Shown here: positions 37,304-47,147 of the stretch, in pieces
How positions within the stretch are numbered: the stretch's first letter is position 1
Layout of the letters: the number at the start of each line of letters is the position of its first letter
Origin: Candidatus Magasanikbacteria bacterium RIFCSPHIGHO2_01_FULL_33_34
GTDB taxonomy: Bacteria > Patescibacteriota > Patescibacteriia > Magasanikbacterales > UBA922
Direction: 5' to 3'
DNA length: 64,000 bases
Assembly (NCBI GenBank): GCA_001782825.1
Contig: MFPS01000007.1
Location: 84,487 to 148,486, forward strand
Translations under genes and position numbers: made by a program
Notes under the pieces: generated by a model
The model's database searches: none
What the model was told of the DNA's origin: nothing
What the model saw: only the letters and a program-made list of their open reading frames with translations

Positions 37304-38212
37304 TTATATATCCCAATAATTATATATATCTTCAATCATTTTTTCATAATTTATCAAAGGACTCCAATCAATTAACTTTTTTAATTGTCCATTATCACCA
37401 TATATGTCTATGACATCATCTTGACGAACAAATTCAGGATTAACTCTTATGTCAATATCCTTTAACCCAGAGAATTTTTTCCCATATTGAATGACATCAT
37501 TTAGACTTATTGACTTGCCTCTGCACACATTAACTACAACACCAAACTTATCTTGCTCCAAAAGCATTACATAAGCCCTAACCACATCTCGCACATCCAA
37601 TATATCACGCTTGATATTTATATCTCCAATCTCTAAAAATTCTCTCTTTCCATTCTTGATATCAACTATTTGACTAATAATTTTAGGAATTACAAAAGCG
37701 TCATTTTGCGCAGGTCCAGTATGATTAAAACTCCTAACCACAATAGTATTAATTTTATTTGAAAAACTCTTGACTAATGTTTCTTGCTTTATTCTTGACT
37801 GCGCATATGCGCTTTCGCCATTCAAAGGATGATTTTCTCTTACTGGTAAATTATTTGGTTTACCATATACATGGCTAGAACTCACAATTAAAACTTTTGT
37901 ATCTCTTAGAGAAGATAATACCTCCAATAAATTTCTTGTGCCCTCTACATTGACATCATAAGTTCTTTCTGGATTAACTGATGCCAAACTCTGAGAACTT
38001 ACACCAGCTAAATGAAAAACATAATTAGGTTTAATTGATTCAATAGTAGTACGAAGCAAATCCTTATCAGTGATATCAACACAATAATAATTTTTATTTT
38101 TTAAATTTTCATAGCCAATCCCAAAAACATTATAACCACCATCTTCAAGTTCACGCTTCAAGTATGGACCAACAAATCCCCTACTACCGGTTATCAATGC
38201 TATTTTACTCAT
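37304..38212 (-). CDS. NDP-sugar 4-ketoreductase/epimerase of the extended SDR family (Rmd/ColC/Fcl-like)
   Basis: IALITGSRGFVGPYLKRELEDGGYNVFGI (GFVG-type Rossmann motif as in GDP-6-deoxy-4-keto-mannose reductases); YxxxK (YAQSRIKQE). Internal Met chosen over the track start at 38275. Confidence 0.55.
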   Translation of the reverse strand: MSKIALITGSRGFVGPYLKRELEDGGYNVFGIGYENLKNKNYYCVDITDKDLLRTTIESIKPNYVFHLAGVSSQSLASVNPERTYDVNVEGTRNLLEVLSSLRDTKVLIVSSSHVYGKPNNLPVRENHPLNGESAYAQSRIKQETLVKSFSNKINTIVVRSFNHTGPAQNDAFVIPKIISQIVDIKNGKREFLEIGDINIKRDILDVRDVVRAYVMLLEQDKFGVVVNVCRGKSISLNDVIQYGKKFSGLKDIDIRVNPEFVRQDDVIDIYGDNGQLKKLIDWSPLINYEKMIEDIYNYWDI

Positions 38213-39203
38213 ATTTTTTAATTTCATTAATAAATCTTTCTTTATAATCAATTGGTAATATAATAACATTTTCACTTGGCTTCAATTCATAGTTAGCTAC
38301 ACCAACATCTGACATAATCACTTTTTTACCAGCCATATTTGCCTCCATTGGCACCATACCATAACCTTCACTTAAACTTGGAAACAAAACAACATCACAA
38401 GTCTTTATATAACTTATATGATCATCTGTCCAATCTTCAAATTTGATATTATTTTCTAGACCTAACATTTTTACTTTTTCGATCAAAATATTTTTCTGCG
38501 AACCACTACCAACCACAAGTAATAAATAATCTTTTTTTTCTTTAATTACTTCTGCAAAAATATCAATTAAAAAATCAATATTCTTGACAAGCTCAAGCCT
38601 ACCAATACTTAAAAATATTTTATTATAAGCAGAATATTTTTTCTTCAAGTCTGTCTTGATTTGATATGATTCAATATATTCTTTATTCACTTCTATTGCT
38701 CTCAATTCTATTTTGTCTTCATTCACTCCCAATTCTAATAAATTATTCTTTATTCTTTCCCCTACTACTCTTATTTTATCTGCATTATACAAAACTATAT
38801 ATTTTGCCAAAAAATATTGTATAAAATTTTTAAAACCACTTTTTTTATAATAACTATTACCAAAAAAATCTCCGTGCAATTGAATCTCCAAATTAATTTT
38901 TGTCTTTTTCTTTAAAATCAAACCTAATAAACCAGTAAAAAATGGATCTTGTGTTGTTATCAAGTCAATAACATATTTTTTAATGATAATCTCGCCTTTC
39001 TTTTTTAATTTTATAAATTGTTTAATTTTATTACCACCAATTCCCCAAACTTTAACCTCTGGAGACAATTCTACAAACTTATCTATAGTATTTGGTACAA
39101 TAATATACAATCTATCATATACACCATAATCAACCATGCGTTTCGCCACCATAGAGTTACTGTCCAATATTTTATTGTCTAAACTTATCATTAATTTTGG
39201 CAT
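38205..39203 (-). CDS. GT4 (GT-B) glycosyltransferase
   Basis: 332 aa; C-terminal VVLFPSLSEGYGMVPMEANMAGKKVIMSDVG. Confidence 0.6.
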   Translation of the reverse strand: MPKLMISLDNKILDSNSMVAKRMVDYGVYDRLYIIVPNTIDKFVELSPEVKVWGIGGNKIKQFIKLKKKGEIIIKKYVIDLITTQDPFFTGLLGLILKKKTKINLEIQLHGDFFGNSYYKKSGFKNFIQYFLAKYIVLYNADKIRVVGERIKNNLLELGVNEDKIELRAIEVNKEYIESYQIKTDLKKKYSAYNKIFLSIGRLELVKNIDFLIDIFAEVIKEKKDYLLLVVGSGSQKNILIEKVKMLGLENNIKFEDWTDDHISYIKTCDVVLFPSLSEGYGMVPMEANMAGKKVIMSDVGVANYELKPSENVIILPIDYKERFINEIKKYE

Positions 39204-40330
39204 ATTTTTTTTAATATAGAACTTGTACTATCAACCATTGATTTTAAGGAAAATTTTTCAAAAAATATATCCTTTTCTTGATCTGACCATTCTAAATTCA
39301 TTTCTCCATTTAACAAATTCAGAATTTTATTTTTTATATCTTCCTTATTGTTCAACTCAAACAAATCGCCATTTTTACCAGGAATAACTAATTCTGAATT
39401 TCCGCCTGCTCTGCTTGCCAAAACCGGCGTATTAACATGCAATGCTTCTAATATCAAATGCGACAAACCTTCATAGCCACTATTTAGCACAAAACAATCA
39501 GCCTTATTTATTTTACACATCAATTCTTTGCGACTTAATTGTCCAGGAATTTCAACCACGCCTTCCAATTTTAATTCTATAACTTTATTTTTCAAAAACT
39601 TCAAATCTGGACCATTTCCATATATCTTTAATTTTGCATTTTTTTGTTCTTTCAATATTTCTGGCATAATTTCAATCAATTCCAACATCCCTTTCCAAGG
39701 TACAAGCCTACCAGCAGAAATAATCCATTTTTCCTCTTCTGCTTTTTCAACCGGACACACCCCAACATAACTAGATGAATTATAAACTACAACTACAGAA
39801 TTTTCAGATACACCCCAACCTACTACAATATTTTTCAAATAAAAACTAGGAACTATAACTATGCTACTATTTTTAACAACTATTTTTTGAATCCATTTTA
39901 ATAATCTGACCATAAAAGAATAATTATTTTTTGTCTGAAAAATATCTATAGAATCTTTTACACCAAACCTCTGCACACCTTGTTCCCAAGCATAATCTCC
40001 TACAACTTTTACAACTAACTTTTTGCCAGTCAATTTAGATGCGATCATGGCTGGAAAACCAGCATTGACCGGTCCCATAGCATAAATTACATCGCTCTTT
40101 ATTGCATTTTTAATCAAAAGAAAAATATATTCAAAATATTTTAAAAATTTATTTTTATTTTTTACAATATCTATTTTACAAATAACAACTTTTTTATCTG
40201 AATCTGGATTTAATGAAACAATTTTAACATTCTCACCTTTTTTAGTAAGTTCATTCGCAATTGTAACGCTATATGTAGCCGGACCACCAAATTGTGGTGG
40301 AAATATATCGGCAGCGATCAATATATTCAT
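39191..40330 (-). CDS. GT4 (GT-B) glycosyltransferase
   Basis: 379 aa; NSGYEGLSHLILEALHVNTPVLASRAGGNSELV. Confidence 0.65.
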   Translation of the reverse strand: MNILIAADIFPPQFGGPATYSVTIANELTKKGENVKIVSLNPDSDKKVVICKIDIVKNKNKFLKYFEYIFLLIKNAIKSDVIYAMGPVNAGFPAMIASKLTGKKLVVKVVGDYAWEQGVQRFGVKDSIDIFQTKNNYSFMVRLLKWIQKIVVKNSSIVIVPSFYLKNIVVGWGVSENSVVVVYNSSSYVGVCPVEKAEEEKWIISAGRLVPWKGMLELIEIMPEILKEQKNAKLKIYGNGPDLKFLKNKVIELKLEGVVEIPGQLSRKELMCKINKADCFVLNSGYEGLSHLILEALHVNTPVLASRAGGNSELVIPGKNGDLFELNNKEDIKNKILNLLNGEMNLEWSDQEKDIFFEKFSLKSMVDSTSSILKKICQN

Positions 40331-40336
40331 AAATAA

Positions 40337-41449
40337 TCAAATTAAATCTTTAAAAATATTATTCATATTTTTTGCAATCAAATCCCAATTATACTTTTCT
40401 ATTACCATCTTATGTGCATTAATCTTGACTTTTTCTACCTCTTCTTTATTCTTTTCATCAATTATATATTTAATTTTTTCTGCAATACTCTTAGGATTAA
40501 ACACTTCACAAAACCATCCTGTTTCTCCTTCTACAAGAAAATCTGGTATACCACCGACTTTTGTACCAATCGTCGGCAACCCACTTGCCATTGCTTCTAA
40601 AAATGCATTACCCAACCCTTCAGACAAGCTAGGTCTACAAAATATATCTGCCTTTGATAAATAGTTACTAACTTCTTTTTGATTAATACTACCAACAAAA
40701 TATACCCTCTCTCTTAAATTATTTTCTTTTACTACATTTTCAAGATGATCTCTCAATTCCCCATCACCTAAAATAGTCAAATGCACATTATTATCTAAAT
40801 AACTCATTGATTTAATCAAATCTTCTATTCCATTTTTTTTGACCAATCGTGAAACTGTAATAACTTCTATATGATTAGAAAATTTTTTGTACTGACTATT
40901 ACTTTCATCAGTAAAATTAACTAAGTCAACTCCATTGGGTATTATATCTACCTTAACCTTTGACCCCATATCACAAGCCCAATCTCCAAGGTATTTACTA
41001 ATTGCTTGTATCCTATCAGCCATCTTAAATATCTGTTTAAAATATGGCCAAATAAACCAAACTCTTTTATAAATATGATATTTACTATCACCTTCTTGTA
41101 ATGTCAGTAAAAAAGGTACTTTTTTATTTTGTTTTTTATAACGTAAACCGGCAAATCCACCAAAACTAGCCATGATTGACCATACAATATCAAATTTACC
41201 CAAAGATTTTGCGTATTTTGGCCCGGAAAAAATCAGACGAAACTTGTCCCAGTTATTCCCCTTGCCAATCCGGTGGATATATAAATTATGTAATTTCTCC
41301 TCTCTTGGTAATTTTTTATCTAACTTTGATGCAATCATAACAAATTCACAATCTTCAATCCTGTCAGTGATTTCTTTTACCGCAATTTCCGCTCCACCAA
41401 TCAACGGAAAATAAGCAGTTGAAAAAATTAAAATTCTTTTTTTACCCAT
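40337..41449 (-). CDS. GT4 (GT-B) glycosyltransferase
   Basis: 370 aa; RPSLSEGLGNAFLEAMASGLPTIGTKVGGIPDFL. Confidence 0.7.
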   Translation of the reverse strand: MGKKRILIFSTAYFPLIGGAEIAVKEITDRIEDCEFVMIASKLDKKLPREEKLHNLYIHRIGKGNNWDKFRLIFSGPKYAKSLGKFDIVWSIMASFGGFAGLRYKKQNKKVPFLLTLQEGDSKYHIYKRVWFIWPYFKQIFKMADRIQAISKYLGDWACDMGSKVKVDIIPNGVDLVNFTDESNSQYKKFSNHIEVITVSRLVKKNGIEDLIKSMSYLDNNVHLTILGDGELRDHLENVVKENNLRERVYFVGSINQKEVSNYLSKADIFCRPSLSEGLGNAFLEAMASGLPTIGTKVGGIPDFLVEGETGWFCEVFNPKSIAEKIKYIIDEKNKEEVEKVKINAHKMVIEKYNWDLIAKNMNNIFKDLI

Positions 41450-41487
41450 AAAAAAGTGCGAGGTTTAATTTCTGGCATGTTATAATT

Positions 41488-42432
41488 TTATATTTTAAGC
41501 CTGATTTTAAAATTTTCTATAGTTTTTATCAGACCCTCTTCTAATTCAATTTTTGGTTCCCAATCTAATACCTTCTTAGCAAGTGATATGTCTGGTTGGC
41601 GTTGCATCGGATCATCCTCACGAAATTCACCATTAAATATTAACTGACTTTTACTATTTGTTAATTCAATAACTTTTTTGGCTAATTCTTTTATAGTAAA
41701 TTCATTTGGATTACCTAAATTGACCGGACCTGTAAAATCAATATCCGAATTCATCATCTTAGTAATACTATCAACAAGATCATCAACATAACAAAAACTA
41801 CGAGTCTGTGAACCATCACCATCAATTAATAAATTTTCATCTTTCAAGGCATTTAAAATGAAGTTAGATATAACACGACCATCCTCAAAAGCCATACGTG
41901 GACCATATGTATTGAAAATCCGGATTACCTTTATTTCCATTCCATGCATACGACGATAATCAAAACAAAGTGTTTCAGAAACTCTCTTCCCCTCGTCATA
42001 ACAAGCTCTCGGACCAATTGTATTTACATTGCCTCGATAACTTTCCACTTGAGGGTGAACATCAGGATCACCATAAACTTCCGAAGTTGATGCTTGTAAA
42101 AATCTAGCATTGTGTCTACGAGCCAGTCCAAGCATATTTATTACGCCGATTGTATTGGCTTTGATTGTCCTAACCGGATTTTCTTGATAATGAATCGGGC
42201 TAGCCGGACAAGCTAAATTATATACCTGATCAATTTTTTCATCCAAAAATAAAGGCTCAATAATATCATGTTCAATAAACTTAAAATTTTGATTACTTTC
42301 TAAATGTCTTATATTGTCATATGAACCAGTAAAAAGATTATCAACACAAAAAATTCTATTATTATCAGCAAGTAATTTTTCGCATAAATGAGAACCAATA
42401 AAACCGGCCCCACCTGTAATTAAAATATTCAT
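41488..42432 (-). CDS. uxs: UDP-glucuronate decarboxylase (UDP-xylose synthase)
   Basis: MNILITGGAGFIGSHLCEKLLADNNRIFCVDNLFTGSYDNIRHL...YDEGKR. 314 aa; classic UXS/ArnA-decarboxylase-type signature. Confidence 0.8.
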   Translation of the reverse strand: MNILITGGAGFIGSHLCEKLLADNNRIFCVDNLFTGSYDNIRHLESNQNFKFIEHDIIEPLFLDEKIDQVYNLACPASPIHYQENPVRTIKANTIGVINMLGLARRHNARFLQASTSEVYGDPDVHPQVESYRGNVNTIGPRACYDEGKRVSETLCFDYRRMHGMEIKVIRIFNTYGPRMAFEDGRVISNFILNALKDENLLIDGDGSQTRSFCYVDDLVDSITKMMNSDIDFTGPVNLGNPNEFTIKELAKKVIELTNSKSQLIFNGEFREDDPMQRQPDISLAKKVLDWEPKIELEEGLIKTIENFKIRLKI

Positions 42433-42487
42433 ATTTAAATTATTAGAATCATCAGTATTATTTATAATTAAGTATTATTTCCAATTA

Positions 42488-42562
42488 TTTATTTTTACGG
42501 ATTTGTTTGTACCAACAGACAAACACCTCGGAGCCCGTAGGCAATGTGTAAATTGAAATCCA
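42488..42562. promoter_or_regulatory. Intergenic element C, a degenerate copy of the A/B core (TTTATTTTTACGGATTTGTT...ACACCTCGGAGCC)
   Basis: Shares TATTTATTTTTACGGATTTG with element B and CCTCGGAGCC with A and B; lies 56 nt upstream of the uxs start codon. Confidence 0.35.
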
Positions 42563-42680
42563 GCCTAAGGAGACATACAACCATAATAATAACTTTATTT
42601 ATCTATTTTGTCAAGTAAAAAAATGGCTAATTTAAGCAAAAATTTTATATAATAATGATGATTGATGTAAGAATTAATAA

Positions 42681-44390
42681 TTAAAATTTATAGACTTTAA
42701 AGACATCTTCATTACGATGATTTTTAATAAATTCAGGTTCAATACCCTTCTCTAATAAATATTTCTCAAAAGCAGTAGTCTCTACTTTTAATTTGTATGG
42801 CGCATAGAGCGGACCGACATTAAAATCTTTTTGTTCCACGCCGGTAAAATAAAGAAAATGTTCCACTCCTTGTTCTCTATAATATTCATCCCATTTGTCC
42901 CCAGTAATATTGAAAAACGCCTCATCAGACATTACTGGCCAACTATTATAAATAAGCCTTCTTTGAAATGTCCATAAACGAGACAAAAAATTAAAATCAT
43001 AATCATAAATAATAACCAATGCATATTTTGTAAAATTTTTTCTTGTCTCATTTTCTATCTGTTTATTTTGCAAATCTACCATAAATTGATATATAGGCTT
43101 GCCAAAGGCATCGGAAGTTTTGCCATACAAATAATCATCTAGGTAATCATTTACCTCAACAAAACCAAAATTTTGTTCTTCAACATTTATTTGCGCATAA
43201 TCAATATTCATTTTCCCTAAAGAAGGTGAAATTAAAAAACTATTGACAGTAAACAATAACTCAGACACAAAAATAAAACCTAAAAATAAATAAATAAATT
43301 TTTTATATTTTCCCCATTCAAATAATTTTGCAAAGATATATGCAATGAGTAAAATAAAATATGGTATTATCATCACTACAAAACGTAAAGTTGAACCAAT
43401 AATCAAAAACCAAAAACTTTCTAAAATAATTGTAGCCAATAAGAAAAGGACAAGCTTTGATCTATTTCTTATATACAAATAAATTGCAGTCAAAATAGAA
43501 AAAGAAATTATAAAATTAAAAATTATACTATTAGCTTGACGCAAAATTTCAAAGAAAAATATAAACCTATCACCTACTCTGCCAACCATTGCTCTTCCTT
43601 GCCTAAACTGCCACCGCTCAACATGCTGATTTAATAAGGCCGAAACTTGAAAATCAAAATGCCCAAAATTTTTATAAAGAAACAAATTATATAACCAAAA
43701 TGGAAAACTAAAAATTATAGTGCTTAATACACCATAATAAAAAAATTTATTTTTAATAAAACTATATTTATAAATTACAGCATAAATGAGTAAAATAGGT
43801 ACAATTATCAATACTGTAAGTTTAGTAATAATCCCCAGGCCAAGAGTGATTCCCCACAAAATCCACAAATACAATTTGTTCTCATCTAATGCTTTTATCC
43901 AAAGAAATAGTATAAGTAATGAAAAAAAGATAACTGTACCATCTTGAATACCCAGTCTAGACACCCATACATGATAAGATTGCATTGAGAACAATAACCC
44001 AGCGATATAACCAGCTCTCTTGTTTATAAGACGAGTAGCAATAAGATATATCAAAAAAACCGAAGCAATACCAAATAAAACAGATGGCGAACGCAAACCA
44101 AGCATATTCTCGCCCAATATACCTATACTTATGTGCTGTATTAAGAAAAATAATATAGGGTGATCATGAAAAGATAAATGCATCCACCATGGTACTTTAT
44201 CTACCCATTGCCATGGGGTTGTTTGTACAAGAGACAAATCATAATCAATCATAGAAATTGCCCTAAAACCTGTCAAAACTTCATCAGTATATGGATCATG
44301 AGAATCTACATTGAAAAACCTCAAAAAACTGGCTAAAAATATAATAGCAATAATAAGTAAAAAACCTTTACTTTTAAATTTTTTTAACAT
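42681..44390 (-). CDS. GT-C fold membrane glycosyltransferase (ArnT/PMT-like) with a large C-terminal soluble domain
   Basis: 569 aa; about 12 N-terminal TM helices, then a hydrophilic C-terminal ~180 aa. Confidence 0.5.
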   Translation of the reverse strand: MLKKFKSKGFLLIIAIIFLASFLRFFNVDSHDPYTDEVLTGFRAISMIDYDLSLVQTTPWQWVDKVPWWMHLSFHDHPILFFLIQHISIGILGENMLGLRSPSVLFGIASVFLIYLIATRLINKRAGYIAGLLFSMQSYHVWVSRLGIQDGTVIFFSLLILFLWIKALDENKLYLWILWGITLGLGIITKLTVLIIVPILLIYAVIYKYSFIKNKFFYYGVLSTIIFSFPFWLYNLFLYKNFGHFDFQVSALLNQHVERWQFRQGRAMVGRVGDRFIFFFEILRQANSIIFNFIISFSILTAIYLYIRNRSKLVLFLLATIILESFWFLIIGSTLRFVVMIIPYFILLIAYIFAKLFEWGKYKKFIYLFLGFIFVSELLFTVNSFLISPSLGKMNIDYAQINVEEQNFGFVEVNDYLDDYLYGKTSDAFGKPIYQFMVDLQNKQIENETRKNFTKYALVIIYDYDFNFLSRLWTFQRRLIYNSWPVMSDEAFFNITGDKWDEYYREQGVEHFLYFTGVEQKDFNVGPLYAPYKLKVETTAFEKYLLEKGIEPEFIKNHRNEDVFKVYKF

Positions 44391-44412
44391 AATTTAGCCA
44401 TTATGTAGAAAT

Positions 44413-44455
44413 AAAATAGACCCATAATTAGTAGGTCTATTTTACACTTTTTTTT
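44413..44455. terminator. Intrinsic terminator hairpin (AAAATAGACC-loop-GGTCTATTTT followed by T8)
   Basis: Perfect 10-bp stem 44413-44422 / 44434-44443, with a T run at 44447-44455. Confidence 0.45.
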
Positions 44456-44476
44456 ACTCGTATTCAACTTCTTTGA

Positions 44477-45826
44477 TTATGATGACAATTCTTCACCATC
44501 TGGATATTCTTCTGAATCTTCTACTGTTACAATTCTATCCCATCTATATCCTAGATTTTTAAAAGCTTGTTCATCAGTTATATGTCTCTTTAAACCACCT
44601 TCTAGACGATATACTCTTGAATCATCTAAATACTTAATAAGAGTAAAATTAGGATGACGATCTGTATAATTTATCTCAGTTCCAACTGTATATTTGTCCA
44701 ATAATGATTCATCAATATCTTCTATCCAATTCCATTTATATCCCAATGTATTAAACACTGCTTCATCAGTTATCCAATATTTTTCTGTACCAAGTAATAA
44801 ATAAACTTTTGGATCACTAACTATTTTGACTAATGCGCCATATTTTGGATCATATTTTGATCCCCATGGCATAAAGCCTAAATTATCCTCATCCAAAGCA
44901 TCCAAACTTTCTCTTGAAACAACATTTACATCATTCCAACTATCAAAATAAGTAAAGAATACTCGTGAATTATTGAAAGATCTTTTTTTACAATCTTTAG
45001 TCACATAATATACAGCTGAAGATTGTGAACGCTTGAAAGCCTTACCAACTTGTAATGAACAACCCAGAGGGCCCTGTTCAGGTTCTAAATCTGACACAGC
45101 CATAGAATCTGCTGACGTCAATTCAACAAACTTAAACTGTGGTTTAAGACTACTGGTTGACAAGCCATAATAAGTAACCCGTAAATCAGTCCAACCATTG
45201 CCATCAGTATCTATATCTTTAGTTTCATTCTTGTTTAGAGACATTCTGAGAGGTTTTGATGAGATTGTTAATAATGCAATTGCATCTGACGCGCTTGTGA
45301 CCACAACTGTATGAGAAGCTGATGTTAATGATAAAGCAAAAGGATCATTTACATTCAAGGTTACCTCTACCGTGGTTGTGTCCGGAGTTTGAGTAGTACT
45401 ACTTCCTCCGCCACCACCACTACCAGGACTCACTCCACTACCACTACCGCCACCACTACCGCCAGTACATGAATTGGCTGCACCAGGAGTAATAGTCAGA
45501 GTTATACTAGATGAACACTGCATTGCAATTGTAGACAAACTATCTGTACAGGTTGATGCTAGCACTTCACAACCAGCGCTAGGTGTTAATTTACTTCTAT
45601 TAGTAGATCTAATTTCAACAATAGAGCTATCCTGCATTACAAATGCTATATCATTAGTATTTACAGTAAAAGATTCTACACGTGTCGCATTTGTCAAAGT
45701 ATAAGTTAAACCATTACCAGGAAGTAAAATATCTGCACTACCAGAAACCGTCACATCGTTAAATGCGGCTAATACGACAGATGGTACTAACAACAGCGCA
45801 AATATAATAAATAATATTTTCTTCAT
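44477..45826 (-). CDS. Secreted protein with signal peptide, Gly/Ser-rich linker and two C-terminal ~45-aa repeats (VYLLLGTEKYWITDEAVFNTLGYKW / VYRLEGGLKRHITDEQAFKNLGYRW)
   Basis: MKKILFIIFALLLVPSVVLA signal; GGSGGGSGSG linker; the same repeat type occurs three times at the N-terminus of the 1251-aa protein. Confidence 0.5.
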   Translation of the reverse strand: MKKILFIIFALLLVPSVVLAAFNDVTVSGSADILLPGNGLTYTLTNATRVESFTVNTNDIAFVMQDSSIVEIRSTNRSKLTPSAGCEVLASTCTDSLSTIAMQCSSSITLTITPGAANSCTGGSGGGSGSGVSPGSGGGGGSSTTQTPDTTTVEVTLNVNDPFALSLTSASHTVVVTSASDAIALLTISSKPLRMSLNKNETKDIDTDGNGWTDLRVTYYGLSTSSLKPQFKFVELTSADSMAVSDLEPEQGPLGCSLQVGKAFKRSQSSAVYYVTKDCKKRSFNNSRVFFTYFDSWNDVNVVSRESLDALDEDNLGFMPWGSKYDPKYGALVKIVSDPKVYLLLGTEKYWITDEAVFNTLGYKWNWIEDIDESLLDKYTVGTEINYTDRHPNFTLIKYLDDSRVYRLEGGLKRHITDEQAFKNLGYRWDRIVTVEDSEEYPDGEELSS

Positions 45827-45862
45827 AAGGTTTTAATTTTGTTCCAATCTAATAGGAATTAA

Positions 45863-46453
45863 TTAGAAACAACTGGCAGTGGATGTTGCCCAACCAGTAG
45901 CTTGCATAGCTACAGTAGGACAAGCTGTACCATTACAAGGCCAATAATAAAGTTGTGTATCAGTTCCAGCTACATCAACTGTTGTTCTAAAACACAATTG
46001 TGGTACATCTATAGTTGAAGAAGTATTTACGGTTCCGATAGAAAGTTTTGCTGATGGAGTTGAGCTGGATATACCGATACGACTATTAACCTTATCTACA
46101 TAAAGCAAATCACTTAAATCACCCACAAAAGCTGTACTTGATACATATATATCCTTATAAGCAAAACTAAAAGCTCCCAAATCTATTGTATTGTTAGCAT
46201 TTGGGTCTAAATCTGCTGCCAAACGAGCTGTAACTGTAAGAGTGTCTGTGGTTGCATCACCAACAGTAACACTGCCATTAAATGTACTTGCGCCAGTCAC
46301 AGTCAAAGTACCTGTTACAGATACATTTGTACCAATTGATGTGGCATAAACATATGATAACGGCACAAGCATAGCTACTATCACCAAAATTAAATAAAAC
46401 AGAAAGTGACCCACTTTCTCCCTCCCCAATGTATTTGATATGCTCATATGCAT
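45863..46453 (-). CDS. Secreted or membrane-anchored beta-rich protein with four C-terminal cysteines
   Basis: Hydrophobic N-terminus (FLFYLILVIVAMLVPLSYVYA), then T/S/V/G-rich beta-strand-like repeats (TGTLTVTGASTFNGSVTVG). Confidence 0.35.
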   Translation of the reverse strand: MHMSISNTLGREKVGHFLFYLILVIVAMLVPLSYVYATSIGTNVSVTGTLTVTGASTFNGSVTVGDATTDTLTVTARLAADLDPNANNTIDLGAFSFAYKDIYVSSTAFVGDLSDLLYVDKVNSRIGISSSTPSAKLSIGTVNTSSTIDVPQLCFRTTVDVAGTDTQLYYWPCNGTACPTVAMQATGWATSTASCF

Positions 46454-46483
46454 ATATAGTTATATAAATAAATTAAATTAAAC

Positions 46484-46993
46484 TTAATTTTCTTCAAATG
46501 GACTATTCGGAATATATGTCCCATCTGGCAAACGGCGCATTACATCCACAATTTTATCCAAAATAGGATCATAAATTATAATTCCCAATTGATAAAATAA
46601 TAACTTATCGCCATTTTTTGCATATTGAAACAAATCTGGATAATCTGTCCTTAAGCCATCAATATTTGTGACACTAGCAACAGTCACATCGCCATCTACC
46701 AAAAGCATATGTTTGCTTACCATTTTTACTACCTCTTCCACACTTAACTCCTCTGGCAAAAATATTTTTTCTTCAATAACCTCCTGCTCTGTTTTAGGTT
46801 TAGCTTCATTTTTTATAAAATCAACTTTTTCTTTTTGAAAATCATTATAAATGACCTTTCTACCTAAACTGTATTTAAGTACATAACAACTTAATACAAG
46901 AACTATAACAAACATTATAAAACTTGAAATTGATAAAGCGATTACTAACTTCTGCATCCTTGAATCTTCTTTCTTTATCTTAGTCGTAGGCAT
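46484..46993 (-). CDS. N-terminally membrane-anchored hypothetical protein
   Basis: 169 aa; single TM helix (LVIALSISSFIMFVIVLVLSCYVL). Confidence 0.3.
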   Translation of the reverse strand: MPTTKIKKEDSRMQKLVIALSISSFIMFVIVLVLSCYVLKYSLGRKVIYNDFQKEKVDFIKNEAKPKTEQEVIEEKIFLPEELSVEEVVKMVSKHMLLVDGDVTVASVTNIDGLRTDYPDLFQYAKNGDKLLFYQLGIIIYDPILDKIVDVMRRLPDGTYIPNSPFEEN

Positions 46994-47147
46994 AATTTAG
47001 ATAAGCAAAACAAAAAATATTACTTTCATTATACCACATAATAAATAATTAATATAGAAGAATATAAAAAAAACATCATACTGTGGATAAATCCTTAAAA
47101 TTAGACAAATTTTTAATATTACAGTATATTTATTAATAAATTACCTT

